From contig OZ024743.1 in the NCBI GenBank assembly GCA_964016885.1, positions 327,484,001 to 327,548,000 of the forward strand: DNA of 64,000 bases, given 5' to 3'. The stretch's first letter is position 1; every line of letters begins with the position of its first letter. The translations under genes and the position numbers were made by a program. The notes below the pieces were generated by a model, which did not search any database, was not told the origin of the DNA, and worked only from the letters and a program-made list of their open reading frames with translations. The DNA comes from Eledone cirrhosa. Taxonomy: Eukaryota. Of the stretch, positions 11,400-25,006 are shown in pieces.

Positions 11400-12310
11400 G
11401 TTCTTCTTTTTGTTCAGAGAGTGGAATTGGTCCCGTGCAAAGCCTGACCTCGACACTTGTATCCGAACAGTAGCCAAGGAGATATGCAACGTCAGGTTTG
11501 ATGACATTGGATGGCAACAGGCCACTTTACCTGTCAGGTATGGTGGCCTTGGCCTCCGGTCCCCGTCTCACAGGCTTTGCCGGTATTTTTGTCGGTAACC
11601 TCATCAGCAGGGTTCTCCAAAACACAATAGAACCCTCTGTGTTCAGAGAACGTGAGGCCACCTGTGAAACAGTGGTGCCTGGCTCCATGCCCTTCCCTCC
11701 TTCTCCACTGGCATGCAGTTAGACAACAATAGCCTGCGCATCAGCGTTTCTCTGAGGCTCGGCCTCCGGATCTGCGAGCCACACCAATGTCGCTGTGGAT
11801 CCACTGTGGACTCTTTCGGCCTCCACCCACTTTCCTGTCGCCACAGTGCTGGCTGCCTTCCACGCCATGCTGCCCTCACTGAGGTCATAAAGCATGGCTT
11901 GGATGCTGCAGGCTTCCCTTCCCAGCTCGAGCCAGTGGGGCTGGACCGAGGGGACAGCAAAAGGCCAGATGGCATGACCATCTTCCCGTTCTGTGGTGGC
12001 AAACCCCTCGTCTGGGATGCCACTTGCACCGACACTTTCTGCAGCCGCAACCTGGTGCAGTCTGTGACTAGTCCAGGTTCTGCTGTACATCGGGCTGAGG
12101 AAGCCAAACTCCTCAAATGCCGGTCGCTCTCCGACAGGTTTGCGGTTGTACCCTTGGCAGTGGAGACTTCTGGTGTCCTCAGCCCTAGGGCTACCTCCCT
12201 ACTCACCACTATAGGTGCTGAGCCCCGCAAGTTGGAGTGGCTTTTCCAGCGCGTCTCCCTTGCCGTCCTCCGGGGAAACGCCTTCTCCATTCTGTCCACC
12301 GGGGCTGTGG
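11400..12310 (+). mobile_element. CRE-clade non-LTR retrotransposon 3' fragment (Zn knuckle and restriction-like endonuclease)
   Basis: QATLPVRYGGLGLR; LRLG..CRCG..GLH.LSC..RH; KRPDG; VWDATCTD; PLAVETSG; LFQRVSLAVLRGNA. Confidence 0.85.
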
Positions 12311-12479
12311 GGAGACAAGCCGGTCATATTACGAATTCTGTGGAAAGGTGATACTTGTGCTTGAAGATTTTTTAAAGTGAAAAACAATAATGTTGAAGAC
12401 CGAATTGTGGTTTAGTTTCCAGGCTGCGCCTCAGATTGACCAATGTCTTGAGAGTGAGGGAAGTGGAGGGTGATGATAA

Positions 12480-12731
12480 CGTCCATACTTTCAGGTTTAT
12501 AGAACGTGTTTACAAAATATACAGATTTTTTCAATGCATTTAAAAAATGAATAACGGAATTGCTTACAAGTTGGGACGCTGACAGCAAAGTTCTTGTTTT
12601 CACTGGCGGCACACTTTACTGAGGTGTCAGGTGAGGCCCGTGAAGGTGCCTGGTTATTTCAGCACCTTAGCCTCGCCATCACCTGTGGTAATGCTGTGAG
12701 CATGTTGGCTTGCCTCAAAGTGTGCAGTTAA
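12480..12731 (+). mobile_element. CRE-like 3' end remnant
   Basis: Clearly similar to 14590-14830 (CTGACAGCAAAGTTCTTGT...CTTAGCCTCGCCATCACC). Confidence 0.75.
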
Positions 12732-13102
12732 CCCCCAAGGTGTGAAGTTGTGAAGTGTTGCAGATTGTCTCACGTGGTGGTGAACTGCCCCCCCCCCCTC
12801 CTTTTATTTTCTATCCTTTATCATTTTTGTTCATGAATTTATATTATTGTGTTATTATACACGGTTTAGACATATTTGTCCTTCTGAACGAATTGCGAGC
12901 AATTTTTGGCGTTATTAACGCATCTGTTATGTTATTTATGTATATATCTAAAACATATGTGCAACGTTATACAACTGTAATAACATTTTTAAATATTCTA
13001 TTGGTCGAGAACAATCCATGTTGATAATCTTAAAAAATTATCTATAAAATGACCAGAAAACTTGTGATATATTTGTATTGAGAATATTAATAAAAATCAA
13101 AA

Positions 13103-13190
13103 AGGCAGGATGGTTTTAGTTCCCGATCAGCTCTATCGAGCAATTCTATGATTAAAGGCGTTCCAGCTGTGACCATCCTGTCTTTGTTTC
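13103..13190 (+). repeat. Fragment of a second SINE-like family
   Basis: GATTAAAGGCGTTCCAGCTGTGACCATCCTGTC is similar to 56735-56768 and to the reverse complement of about 60470-60530. Confidence 0.5.
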
Positions 13191-13899
13191 TGTATTGAAT
13201 TCTGGTATTTTGGTTTCTGTTTCACATTTTCCTTTGAATTTACGGTTATGAGATGAAGGATCTCCCATTATCTAATGTGTCTTTTTTAGACACACAACGC
13301 AGAACCAGTGAGGAATTATGAGTTATTGACCTCAGTTGTTCTGGAAGTAGTTCGAGGAAACTTTTAAAAAATAACAAACACTTTTATAATAGTAAATAAG
13401 GAAGACTCAAATCCTCTGACAATCTTTGTCGCCGTGACTTTGAAATCATTCACTCATAAATACCATAGCGAATGTGTCATCAGGTTGTGATGGAGATAGG
13501 GGTGGTAGATTTGAATGTATGTCTAGTAGTGGTTGCAGTCATGGTGATGGCGGTGAGCTAGCGTGTCATTGTTTCTCTATGGTGTGTTTAATGGTAGTGA
13601 TAACGTTAATTAGAAATATAAATATAAATATTTCTGAAAGTTTACTGGTTTAACTCTTGTGATATCAGTCTGCCTAAAACTGCCCCTGGTTCTGTGACAG
13701 AAAACCACTCGCTATTAAAGTAGTTATAATAAAACTTTCCTTAATATTTTCATCTAAGAATTTTTTAATTAAGTAATGTTCCAGGTTTTTGTAATACTTA
13801 GGAATTATTTGTTAATCCCTAAGAGTTGTATTTCCTCAGAGTTAGTCCCTCTTACAAATTCTTGTCATCTTTCCAATGCTTCGATGACCTCATGCCTTC

Positions 13900-14822
13900 C
13901 CCAAATGGTTTGGAGGTCTCGGTCTTTAGTGGGTAACATCATCTCCTTCCCAACTTGGACTAGTTCCACCAAGGAGTCAGATGAAGCTTTAGTACAGTGG
14001 AGTGAGTTGGCTTTGTCAGTTCACGTTACTGATGAGGATAGACGGAAGCAGAGAGTATGGGACAATCTGCATTCGAGGAGAACTTTCAACTCTCTCTTTG
14101 GTCATTCCGATCAATTTTCTAGGCGCTACTTACTTTCTGCTAGCACAAAATTCTCGGGGGACTGAATTGATGCCCTGCCTGTAGCCAACATTAGTGGCCT
14201 TCTCAACCAGGATGAGCTCCACATCTCCATTGCACTTTGAGTGGGAGCCAACGTCTGTGGGGGTCTGAGATGCCGCTGTGGTAGGTCCCTCAACTCCACA
14301 GGTCTACATGGTTTGCCCTGCCGCTTGAATGCTGGTCGTTTTGCCCGCCACACCTAGTTAAACTTGATCATCAAATGGGGCCTGGCTTGGGTAAATATCC
14401 CATCAGTTCTGGAGCCGGCTGGTTTATCCAGAAGTGATGGGAAGAAACCAAACGGCCCTACCCTTTGTCCCTGGGTAAGAGGTAGGTGTCTCATCAGGGA
14501 CGTCCCATTCAGTGACTCTTTTGCTCCCTACCACATCATGGATGCCGCGGTAAATGTAGGAGTCACTGTTTCCATTGCCAAACGGGATAAAATTCGGGAA
14601 TACCTGGATTTATCTAATAATTATTTTTTCCAGCCTGTGGCATTCAAGACGTTTGGTGGAGTCGGGCGACTGACAGCAAAGTTCTTGTCATCACTGGCCA
14701 CTCACCTTACTGAGGTGTCAGGTGATGCCCGCGAGGGTGCTTGGTTGTTTCAGAGCCTTAGCCTCGCTATCACCCGTGGCAATGTTGCAAGCGTATTGGC
14801 TTGCCCCAAAGTATTTAGTTAA
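13900..14822 (+). mobile_element. CRE-clade non-LTR retrotransposon 3' fragment, second subfamily
   Basis: SVLEPAGLSRSDGKKPNG, FQPVAFKTFG, WLFQSLSLAITRGN; CRCG..GLH..C..RH just upstream; stops and frameshifts. Confidence 0.85.
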
Positions 14823-15289
14823 CCCCTAAGATGTGATGTGCGGCCGATTGTCGCACTTTTATGTTTGTTTTTTTATCTTTCTTTTATGAGTTTATATTTG
14901 TATACATATCATTTTTGTTTGTTGTTTTCGTTCTGTAAGTATTATTATTATTTTTCAGACTATTTAACAATAAGAAAATAAATTATATTAAGTTCATTTT
15001 CTTTTTTTTCGAAATTATGTGAAACATATTGGCACAATACCAGCAAATTTGGGAGTCAGGGCAAAATTGATTAAATCAACTCCAATATTTGATTGATACT
15101 TTACATTATCAATCCTGAAAGGTTGATAAAATATGGTAACAAAAGTGTTAAAATGTAGTTTGCAAAATATTCTATACAGCATGAACAATTCTTATTAACA
15201 AGTTTAGGAAAGGATTGTCAGAGTAATTCTAGGAAGCTTGTGGAGGTATGTATCAGCAGAATGGGATTTACTAAAAACAATAATGAATG

Positions 15290-15435
15290 CGTTGTTAGGA
15301 TGACTGCTATTTTGCTTCGCCAAATTGGGAAGATGGCATCACGCTTGAGATTGGAACATCGTGTGGTGGAATGTCTGTTGCAGTGTGTCTTGCTGACAGT
15401 TCTTCGAGGCAATGTTTTTGCCATCTTATCCACAG
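15290..15435 (+). mobile_element. CRE-like 3' end remnant
   Basis: LLQCVLLTVLRGNVFAILST in ORF 15240..15596. Confidence 0.7.
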
Positions 15436-15988
15436 CTAGGATATACTGTTCATTGCACTTTCCTCATTTCCCCACTTCTTTCTTTTTTTTTCTTTATTTA
15501 TTCTGGTGGTGGTACTGGTATGTGTGTGTGTGTGTATGGATAATTATTTCTTTTTTATGTACAAGTCTAAAATTTAGAAGAGATAAACGATTGTGAGGCG
15601 TTCGAGGTTGTTGACCAATGCAATGATAACTTAAACTTAAGCAAAATAACTAAAACAGGAAATCGTAGATGAATTTTTAAAATCTTTTACAAATGCATTA
15701 AGTCAACACAGGATTTCTGAATTAATGTGTAAATAGTTGGAATGTTGAGACAGCAGGAAGACATTTCTCTGGACTGTTGGACAAGGTGGTGATAAGCTTT
15801 GTAAGAAATATGTTATGCCTGTCATATGCCATTGGAAAAACAACCCATCGAAATCGATATCATCAGAGCTGAAATAAGGTAAATTAAAAAGTTTGACAGT
15901 TTGCTGCTGAAAAATCTGCATTTCCAGATGTTTAATTTTGGCACAAAATCGGGTACATTTGATTCAATCGGTCCTTGTACTTGACTGG

Positions 15989-16251
15989 CAGTACAAGATT
16001 AACATACGGGCAGCAGACCAGGGCTTCACAGTTATGGCATTTTTTTGTCAAAATGTAGAATATTATAATTGTTATTACTTTTTGTTTTCTGTGGGTGTCA
16101 TGTCTGTTTTAGAGGTTGGCATAGTTCGGTGCTGGAATTTTAGCATCGTTCTGTGTGTAGGATTACATTTATTGAGTTTCCTGCTAGCAGGTGCTGGGGC
16201 CCCCAAAATATTCTCTAGCCCAAGGACACCAGTTGCTTTAATCCGTCAGTG
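15989..16251. mobile_element. Degenerate MITE with CAG...CTG-type termini (hAT-like)
   Basis: Decayed terminal inverted repeats CAGTACAAGATTAA / TTAATCCGTCAGTG and subterminal GGGGCCCCC. Confidence 0.35.
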
Positions 16252-16435
16252 TTGACTGGTGCTTATATAATCCACCATGGAAAAAAGAAAGCCACCAAGT
16301 CAAACCCCATTCTGGCAGTACTTAAACCCAGAAGTTAAAGTAGAGCGACTATGTTCTGCTAAGTACTCGATACTTGGGAAAACAGGGTCCATGTATAGTG
16401 AAAAGTTAGCGCACTAACTTTTCACTATATATATA

Positions 16436-16754
16436 TCATCATCACCGTTTTACGTCCGTTCTTCCATGCTAGCATGGGTTAGACGGGTTGTCCTGTTGTG
16501 GGCAGTAGCCAGTCAGCTGACCATGCCTTGCTCATACAGGAACTGATTTTGGCTTGATTTCTACAGCTGGATGCCCTTCCTAACACCAACCTCATTTACA
16601 GTGAGTGCTGGGTGCTTTTTTACTGTAGCGCCTACACGTCCACTTTACAGTGTGGGCTGGGTGCTTTTTTGCCGTGGCACCTCCACGACCACTTTACAGT
16701 GGGAGGGTGTGGGGGCATATTGTCTATATGCTTCAGCTTGTACCCATGGGAGGT
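16436..16754 (-). mobile_element. RTE 3' UTR-only copy between TA runs
   Basis: Close reverse complement of 20742-21060. Confidence 0.9.
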
Positions 16755-16883
16755 ATATATATATATCAATTAACACCAAACTCTCACCTCTATATCTACA
16801 TGGAACTCTCTTCCAATCCTCCTCTCTATATCAATAGACATCAATCTCCCTATATATATATAAATATATATATATATTTATAT

Positions 16884-17415
16884 ATTGTTACCCTCATTTT
16901 CTCTACCATGCTGCCTCTCTATCTGTCTATTTTGCCATCAAAGGCTACAGGCCATGACTGGCTATTATTATTGTTGCTGTATTCACTTCTATCGGTTATT
17001 TTGCCATGACGCCGACCCTCTCTCTATGATGGCTACCCCCTCTCTCTATCTCTCTCTCTCTCTATGATGGCTACCCTCTCTCTATATATCTCTAAGCCAA
17101 CTATTACCTCCCTTTCCCTCTTCACCCATTCCTTCCTCACTCATCTTGAAGTTATTGAAGAGATAAGACACACTCTACTCTGAAAAGCTAAAATGAATCA
17201 CTAGAGCTGCTTAGCCACGTTCCAGCCATCCATCCATCCAAATCTTTCCAGGTATCCCTATTTCCCCAATTGCAAATGTTCTGCTCGCAACTATTGCTGT
17301 ATTTATCACTTCGTTAGCTTCCACAACACATTTATTTTGTTACCCTCATTTTCTCTACCATGCTGCCTCTCTATCTGTCTATTTTGCCATCAAAGGCTAC
17401 AGGCTATGACTGGCT
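16884..17415 (+). repeat. Direct duplication of about 80 bp (16884-16963 and 17336-17415) in or near the RTE 5' region
   Basis: TTGTTACCCTCATTTTCTCTACC...ATGACTGGCTA occurs twice. Confidence 0.85.
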
Positions 17416-20400
17416 ACCTACCTCACAATTTCCCTCCCACCTTCCCCCACACACACCACCATAGCCTATTCGACCAATCAAACCTCAGCATGCCATTTCT
17501 ACTACTACTACCTAACTCTCTCCTCCCCCGTCTCAGCCCAACACACCCTGCCATTATTACCACCACCACTGTTCTTCTAGCCCTGAATTTTCCTACCGTT
17601 ATGTATGGATGAGCTGAGAATAAATTGGAGCAACTCTGAATTAATAGATGAAATGAATATGAATCCGCGAGCTACCAAGCACCCATGTGAAGCACCAATC
17701 CAGAGACAGGAAGCACACACACACCCCTGCAAAAATCGACCCTTCCCTACGAATGTCGACAAATGCCCAAAACTCCAAGTTGGTACCATCAATGTAAGCA
17801 CAATGAAAGGAAGAGCAGGAGAAATAGTAGAAATGCTAGAGCGAAAGGAAATTGATGTATGCAGTGTGCAAGAGACTAGATGGAGAGGAGAGTCTGATAG
17901 AGTCCTTGTAGGAAAAAATCAGTGCTACAAATTTTTCTGGGTGGGAAATGACGATGGGATGGGTGGTGTAGGTATACTACTAGCTGACAAGTGGGTAGAT
18001 AAAGTAACCTCAGTGTACAGGGTAAATGTAAGAATCATTAAACTCAGACTAGTCCTGAATAAAACAATTACCACAATAATATCAGCTTACGCACCCCAAT
18101 CGGGGTTGCCAGACGAACTTAAGGATAGGTTTTACGAGTCCCTAATGCACACTACTGCTCTAACAAACGACAATGACTTCCTAATCATCGCAGGAGATTT
18201 TAACGGACACGTAGGTAAACACTGTGACAGCTTCAATAGAGTCCATGGAGGCCACGGGGTTGGCACAAGAAATGAAGAAGGATTCAGATTTCTAGAATTT
18301 TGCGATGCCAATGACATGTTGATATGTAACACAAACTTCAAAAAACCCGACAACCACCTGATCACCTATAGACCAGGGGAGAATTCTAGTCAGATAGATT
18401 TTATCTTCATCAGAGGACGTGACAGATGGACGGTCGTAAACACAAAAGCCTACCCTAGTGAGGAATGTACCTCCCAACATAGCTTAGTTCTCAGCGACCG
18501 ACCTCACGGTCAGAACTAGACGAACCTGGAAACAGAGGCCAACCTGGAGAAGAAAGATCTGGAAGCTGAAAGACCCCTCAGCCAGTAACAGATTTAAAGA
18601 TATTTTACTCAACGCCTACGACTGTAAAGAAGAACAGATAGAGACATTCAATGAGATCTGTGGCTGGAGTAAGACCACAAGCAGGAGGAGAGTGACCTGG
18701 TGGTGGAACAATAAGGTAGATGAGGCAGTTAAGGCCAAGAGACAGGCATGGAAAGAATGGAAGAATGGGGGGACCAGGGTACATTACATAGAGACCAAGA
18801 GGAAAGCTAGGCGACAAGTATACTTAGCTAGGAGGGAAGCAGAGGATAGAAAATTCAAGTATGTTTTGCAACGTGAGGACCAGAAACAGGAGGTGTTCAA
18901 GATTGCGAGGCAGTGTGTCAGAGAGAATTGTGATGTCATTGGAGAGAAGTGTATCCAGAATGATAAAGGTGAGCTTGCCCTCACAAGTGCTGAGAAGAAA
19001 GATGCATGGAAGAGTCATTATGATAGATTACTAAATGAGGAGAATGCATGGGAAGAAGAGACCCTACCCCAAGTAGACCCTATAGAGGGGCCAGCAGTAC
19101 AAGTCAGCAGCAGCGTAGTAAGTAAGGCAATCAAAGGTATGTAGATGGGGAAGGCAACCAGTCCATCGGGTATAGCTGCCGAGATGCTGAAGGCATCTGG
19201 GTCTGTAGGTCACACTATAATCACACGTATTGTTAACCAGGTAATACTAGGTGTCATACCAAAAGATTGGTGCAGTAGCATCATTGTCAACTGCTACAAA
19301 GGTAAAGGTGATGCACTAGATAGAGGAAACTATAGAGGTATAAAGCTGATGGACCAGGTCATGAAAGTAACAGAAAGAGTTATAGCACAGTTGATTAGGG
19401 ACCGGGTGAAACTAGATGAGATGCAATTTGGGTTTGTACCAGGAAGAGGCACCACTGATGCCCTCTTCCTTGTGAGGCAGTTACAGGAAAAGTACCTAGC
19501 TAAAAGTAAGCCACTCTACCTGGCATTCGTCGATCTCGAGAAAGCCTTTGACAGAGTTCCACATGCTGTAATCTGGTGGGCTCTTAGAAAACTAGGAGTA
19601 GATGAATAGCTTGTGAAAGCTGTACAAGCCATGTATAGGGGAGCAGTCAGCAAAGTTAGGATTAGCAATGAGTATAGTAAAAAATTTAGCGTACAGGTTG
19701 GTGTCCACCAGGGCTCTGTTCTTAGCCCTCTCCTGTTTATCATAGTCCTGCAGGCAATAACGGAGGAGTTTAAGACCGGATGCCCATGGGAACTCCTGTA
19801 TGCTGATGACCTCGCACTTATAGCTGAATCTACGGTAGTACTAGAGAAGAAATTCCAAACTTGGAAGCAGGGACTAGAAAGAAAGGGTCTCAAAGTCAAC
19901 ATGACAAAGACTAAGGTCCTTGTAAGTAGACGAGAAAACAGAACCCAGATCCCCTCAGGGAAATGGCCTTGCTCAGTATGTAGGAAAGGTGTAGGTAGGA
20001 ACTCCATTCTCTGCCCCAAATGCAAACAATGGGTACACAAGAGATGTAGCGGGATCTCAGGAAGCTTAATTAAGAATGAGGCTTCACATGCAGCAGCTGT
20101 GCTGAGACAGCAAGCAGCAAACAGTCACAGGAAACAAGTACCACCAATCTCTGGGAGGGCTCTGTAGAAACAGTAGACAGCTTCTGCTACCTAGGTGACC
20201 GAATTAGCAGCGGAGGTGGGTGTTCAGAAAGTACAATAACTAGGGTAAGAACGGGATGGAAGAAGTTCAGGGAACTACTGCCACTGCTAGCTGCAAAAGG
20301 CTTCTCCCTCAAAATGAAAGGCAGACTGTATGATGCGTGTATCCGAACAGCAATGTTACATGGTAGTGAGACCTGGTCGCTGAAGGTGGAAGACTTACGT

Positions 20401-21068
20401 AGATTAGAAAGAAACGAAGCCTGCATGCTCCGATGGATGTGTAATAGTAATATACGCGAACGACAAAGCATAAATGAATTGAGAGAGAGACTGAGCATAA
20501 GAGGAATCAAATGCTGTGTGCAGGAGAGGCGGTTGCGTTGGTATGGACATGTGATACGTATGAAGGATGACAGCTGCATAAAAAGGTGCAGAGCACTAGA
20601 AGTCAATGGAAACCGCGGAGTGGGGAGACCCAAGAAGACCTGGAATGAGGTGATAAAAGCCGACCTTACCCAATTACACCTCTCAAAGGCGATGACACAC
20701 GACCGTGACCTCTGGCGTCACGCAGTAATACAGAGAACCTGACCTCCCATGGGTACAAGCTGAAGCATATAGACAATATGCCCCCACACCCTCCCACTGC
20801 AAGGTGGTCGTGGAGGTGCCACGGCAAAAAAGCACCCAGCCCACACTGTAAAGTGGATGTGTAGGCGCCACGGAAAAAGCACCCAGCACTCACTCTAAAT
20901 GAGATTGGTGTTAGGAAAGGCATCCAGCTGTAGAAATCAAGCCAAAATCAGTTCCTGTATGAGCAAGGCATGGTTAGCCGACCAGACACTGCCCACAACA
21001 GGACAACCCGTCTAACCCATGCTAGCATGGAAGAAGGGACGTAAAACGGTGATGATGATGATGATGAT
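17100..21068 (+). mobile_element. Near full-length RTE-clade LINE (APE endonuclease, RT, PHD finger), disrupted
   Basis: Endonuclease GTINV..VQETRW..AYAPQ..GDFNGHV..QIDFI (17605-18519); RT pieces 18692-20167 with YADD; C-terminus 20314-20742; (GAT)n tail; several frameshifts and stops; 5' boundary approximate. Confidence 0.95.
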
Positions 21069-21169
21069 ATATATATATATATATAGGGGTGAATTATATA
21101 TTTTCTCCCCAAACTACCAAAACACACATCTATTTGTATATGCGCTACAATTTATGTACATGTTATGTA

Positions 21170-21346
21170 GAGACAGATGGGAGAGATAGATATAGATATA
21201 GAGAGGGGGAGATTTTGGTGGTAATAGATATAAAGTGTGTTGTATATTAGATATAGAGAGGGGGAGAGATTGAGGTCTATTGATATAGAGAGGAGGATTG
21301 GAAGATAGTTCCGTGTAGATATAGAGGTGAGAGTTCCGTGTAGTAG
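21170..21346. repeat. GA-rich degenerate minisatellite, left flank of Tx1 element
   Basis: GATATAGAGAGGGGGAGA-type units; same type as 27006-27595 and, inverted, 16765-16850. Confidence 0.7.
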
Positions 21347-21491
21347 ATATATATTTCTATTTATTTGCCACCAGGGCATCAAAGATTGGGACAAATACAA
21401 AGGGGGGAGTTTACATACATTTAAAAAGACGTGTAAAAAACATATAACAAATTAAATCGATGTCCTCAGTAGGGAGGGGCGTTGACATGGG

Positions 21492-24400
21492 TCACACACA
21501 CCCCCGAAAAAATGTGCAACCCTCCTCTTCAGGAGCACAAAGAGCGGGTGCTTCCTTCTTCTTCTCATTCTTTTCCTCTCTCACCTGCAGGCTGATATAG
21601 AGAGAAGGCCCATTCACTCGGGCCATTCTCGCTACTTTCACCCATCTTTCATAAAACTTGCTGGGGTAGAGCACCTCTCTCTCCATTCTGATCCTTCTTC
21701 TAAAGTGGTACTTGAAAAAAAAGACCAGTTGTTGGCCGGAGAGAAAGGCGTCTGACTTCAGCCCTTTCAACCTTGTCCACCATACAACTTCTTTCGCCAT
21801 GGCTATCACACAGAGGAAAACCGCCTCTCCTTCGTTTTTGAAAGGAGGAGGCGGTTTGATCATGACAATGTTCTCGGTGGTCAACCGGATTGGTCCCACC
21901 CGCGACAGTAGTCGTTCTACATAGCCCCACAGGTCAGCAACGCCCGGGCAGTGTACGAATGCGTGTGCGACGGTTTCCTCGTCACGCACGCATCTCGGAC
22001 AGATCTTCTTCGAGGGGTCCCTACCCGGGCGCCCGTGTCTGTAGAGCTTGTCCCGAACGGGTAGAGCTCCTCGGTAACATTGCCAAGCCAAGGACTTTTG
22101 GAAGTTGTCCATCGGTCCCGAGCCAAACGTCCTACCGAACAGACTGGCCAGCTCGTCTTCCTCCATGCCCAGAGCCTCTCCGAGAGCGTCGTCGCACTTA
22201 CTGCGCACCAACCCTCTATAGAATGTTGAGGTTGAGTCTCCACTGATTGCCGGATCCGCTTGCCAGAGGGCTGTGAGCGCCTGGCCACATTCAATGTGCC
22301 AGTCGTCCACTTTTCTCGGTCTTTGCTTGACCCAGGATTGCAGCTCGGTGAGTGAGACGAGTCTCGGAAAGGTTCGCCTCACAAACAGGGCCCACACCGG
22401 CTGACCGGTGAGGAATACCTGGAGGTGCCGTAGTCTTAATGCGTGTCTACGCATCGTCAGCCACGGCATCCCCTCCCTCCGTTCGAAGTGTGTTGACAAC
22501 AGATGTATCTTCTCACCAAAGGAGCCCGCTTCTTCCAAAGAAATCGGAAGATCGCGCGCTCCATTTTGGCAAGTGTTTTCTCTGGGCAAGGCACGATGGT
22601 CAAGCGGTAGTAGATGACAGACGCTATATAAGCGTTCACCACCTCAGGGATAGTTTGCACTCGGCCCACTTCTGGGCGAGTGCAAAGACCTTGCCCGTTA
22701 CCTCATCCCAGTTTTTCTCCACCTGGAGGTCCGGTCCGAACCAGACCCCGAGCAGCTTCACTGGTCCCTCCGTCCAGCGTCCGATGATGATGTCGGAGGG
22801 CATCGTTTTGCCCCTCAACGTCCCGAGTTGCAAACCGACGGACTTGTCCCGGTTCAGCTTGGCTCCTGTGAACCTTTCATATTCCTCCAGTAAGTTGCCG
22901 ATCTGCCCGATTTCCGAGGCGCACGAGACCATTACTGTCACGTCATCGGTGTAGACCGACACCGCTTTCCGCAATCCCGGTTCCAAGGGGATGCCCTGCA
23001 ACAGCTCCAGCTTCCGCAGTAGTGGCTCGAGAGCCAGCACATACAGGAGGGAGGAGAGAGGGCATCTTTGTCGAATGGATCGCGTGATTTGGAACGGCTC
23101 CGAGAGGTAGCCGTTCACCTTGACCCTCGAGCAGGTGTTGCTGCTGTGCATTGCAACAATCCAGCCTCTGAAAACGGGTCCGAAGCCTGCTGCCGCGAGC
23201 ACCGCATCCAGGTACCGATGGTCAACCCTATCAAACGCCTTAGATTGATCCAAGTTGATCAGGGCCCCACCAAAGCCGGGTTCGTTCTCTACCCTCTCTA
23301 CGATGTATCGCATGAGGTGGAGGTTGTCGTGTATGGACCTGGACGGGATTGCGCATGTCTGCACTTCTCCCACCAGGTTCCTGACGACAAGCGCCAACCT
23401 CTTCGCTAACACCTTGGCCAAAATCTTTAACTCTGTGTTTAGCAGAGTTATGGGCCTGAAGTTATCTATGTCATCCCCCTTGTTCTCGTCCTTCCTCACC
23501 AGCGTGACTATGCCCTTGGTCACAGAACTGGGAATTCTCCCGTTCTGTTGCCAGTTGCAGTAGACCGCCTCGAGGAGACCGGAGAACAAGCCCGGCATCG
23601 CTACATAAAGTTCGTATGGTAGACCATCGAGACCCGGAGATTTGCGTTTGCCGCATTGGCTCAGCGCTTCCCCTATTTCAGCGGCTGAAATCGGCCTCTC
23701 GCAGGACTTCTCCTCCCCGTCCGAGAGCCGCGCCAGACCGTCGAGGTATGGACCGAAATCCATGGCCCCACCCGGCCCACCGCCCCTCCCGAACAGCCGT
23801 GCAAAGTGCCGTTGAAAGGCCGCGCTCATCCGCTCAGGTTCAAGGATCACGCGTCCATCCTGGTCCTTCAAAGACCGAATCGTGGACTTGTTTCCACTTT
23901 TTGCCTCTGTCACTCGGGCCCAGCTAACAGCTTTGGCTCCCTCGTTACCCAGAGCACGTATTTTACTCCTGACAACACAGCCCTCGTGCTTCACATCAAA
24001 GAACTGGTCTAGGGCCGTTCTTGACGCCAGCACGCCGGCCACGTTGCCACTCCTAATCGCCTCTTCTACTCTATTTGTTAATTCCCTTTCAGTTCTATTC
24101 CTATCTGATGCTAATTCCCGACTAAAACCTATCGATTCTATTCTAATTTCTCTCTTGAGAGAGCCCCACCACCTGTTGTTAACAATTGCCCCCGTCAAAC
24201 GCTGCTTAACTAGTGTGCTAATCCGCTTACTGTTTGTCGGTAAAGACAAGTTTAGCTTCCAGTAACCGGGTCCCTGTCTATGAGTTCTATCAAGGTTGAC
24301 CACTCCGGTCACCAACTTGTGATCTGAATAGTCAACCATGAACATTCGTGGACAGCTTAATATGTCCCTATCCTTATTTCTAACTAGGAACCTATCTAGG

Positions 24401-24999
24401 TACGACCTAGATGTTCCGCTGCGATTACTCCACCTCCACCGTGGCACAGTCGGAAAATCTAGTCGATATCTATCGGCCAGATCAAATCGGCCGATTAATC
24501 GTTTGAGGCTGTTACACCCCCCTCTATCGGGACATGCCCCTACATAGTCCCAACGTGCATCCAGGATACCATTCCAGTCCCCCACTAAAAGCAAGGAGCG
24601 AGACGTTTCCAGGAAATTCTCCAGGCGTCGGAAGGAGTCCGGTCACGGTGTCCCAGATGGGGCATACGCTGCCACCAGCCTGAAAGCTCCACCTTCACCA
24701 CTGCCGACGTCTAAAACCACCAGTCGACCCTCCGGGTCCAGGTGTACCTTCTGTGTGGCAAGACCCAGGTATTTTCGCAGCAGAACGACAACCCCACCCC
24801 CACCCCTCGGCTGACAGAGAGATGCGTAGATCTCAAAGTCGTCGAAGATGGGGGCCAGTTGGCGCTCGCTGCTGATCCTGGATTCGCAAATAACCATTAC
24901 ATCCACTCTGTGCGACCTGAGGTCATTTAAGAGTTTGCCCTGTTTCCAGGACATCCCCAAGCCGCGTGCATTCACACATCCAACTCTTATATTGGCCAT
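21492..24999 (-). pseudogene. Tx1 ORF2 (endonuclease/reverse transcriptase), frameshifted into ORFs 24643-24999, 22636-24594 and 21492-22589
   Basis: CVNARGL, ICES, GDWN, YLDR, SDH; GPGYWKLN; FRPITLLN; LDQSKAFDRV; YTDD; KLLGV; CPRC...ETVAHAFVHC. Confidence 0.93.
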
Positions 25000-25006
25000 G
25001 TTGGTG

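Noticed and set aside
15703-15921. Possible host exon
   Set aside because: No recognisable domain and no consistent open frame between splice sites
21700-24547. Many overlapping antisense and alternate-frame ORFs over the LINE
   Set aside because: Shadow ORFs of GC-rich coding sequence without independent motifs
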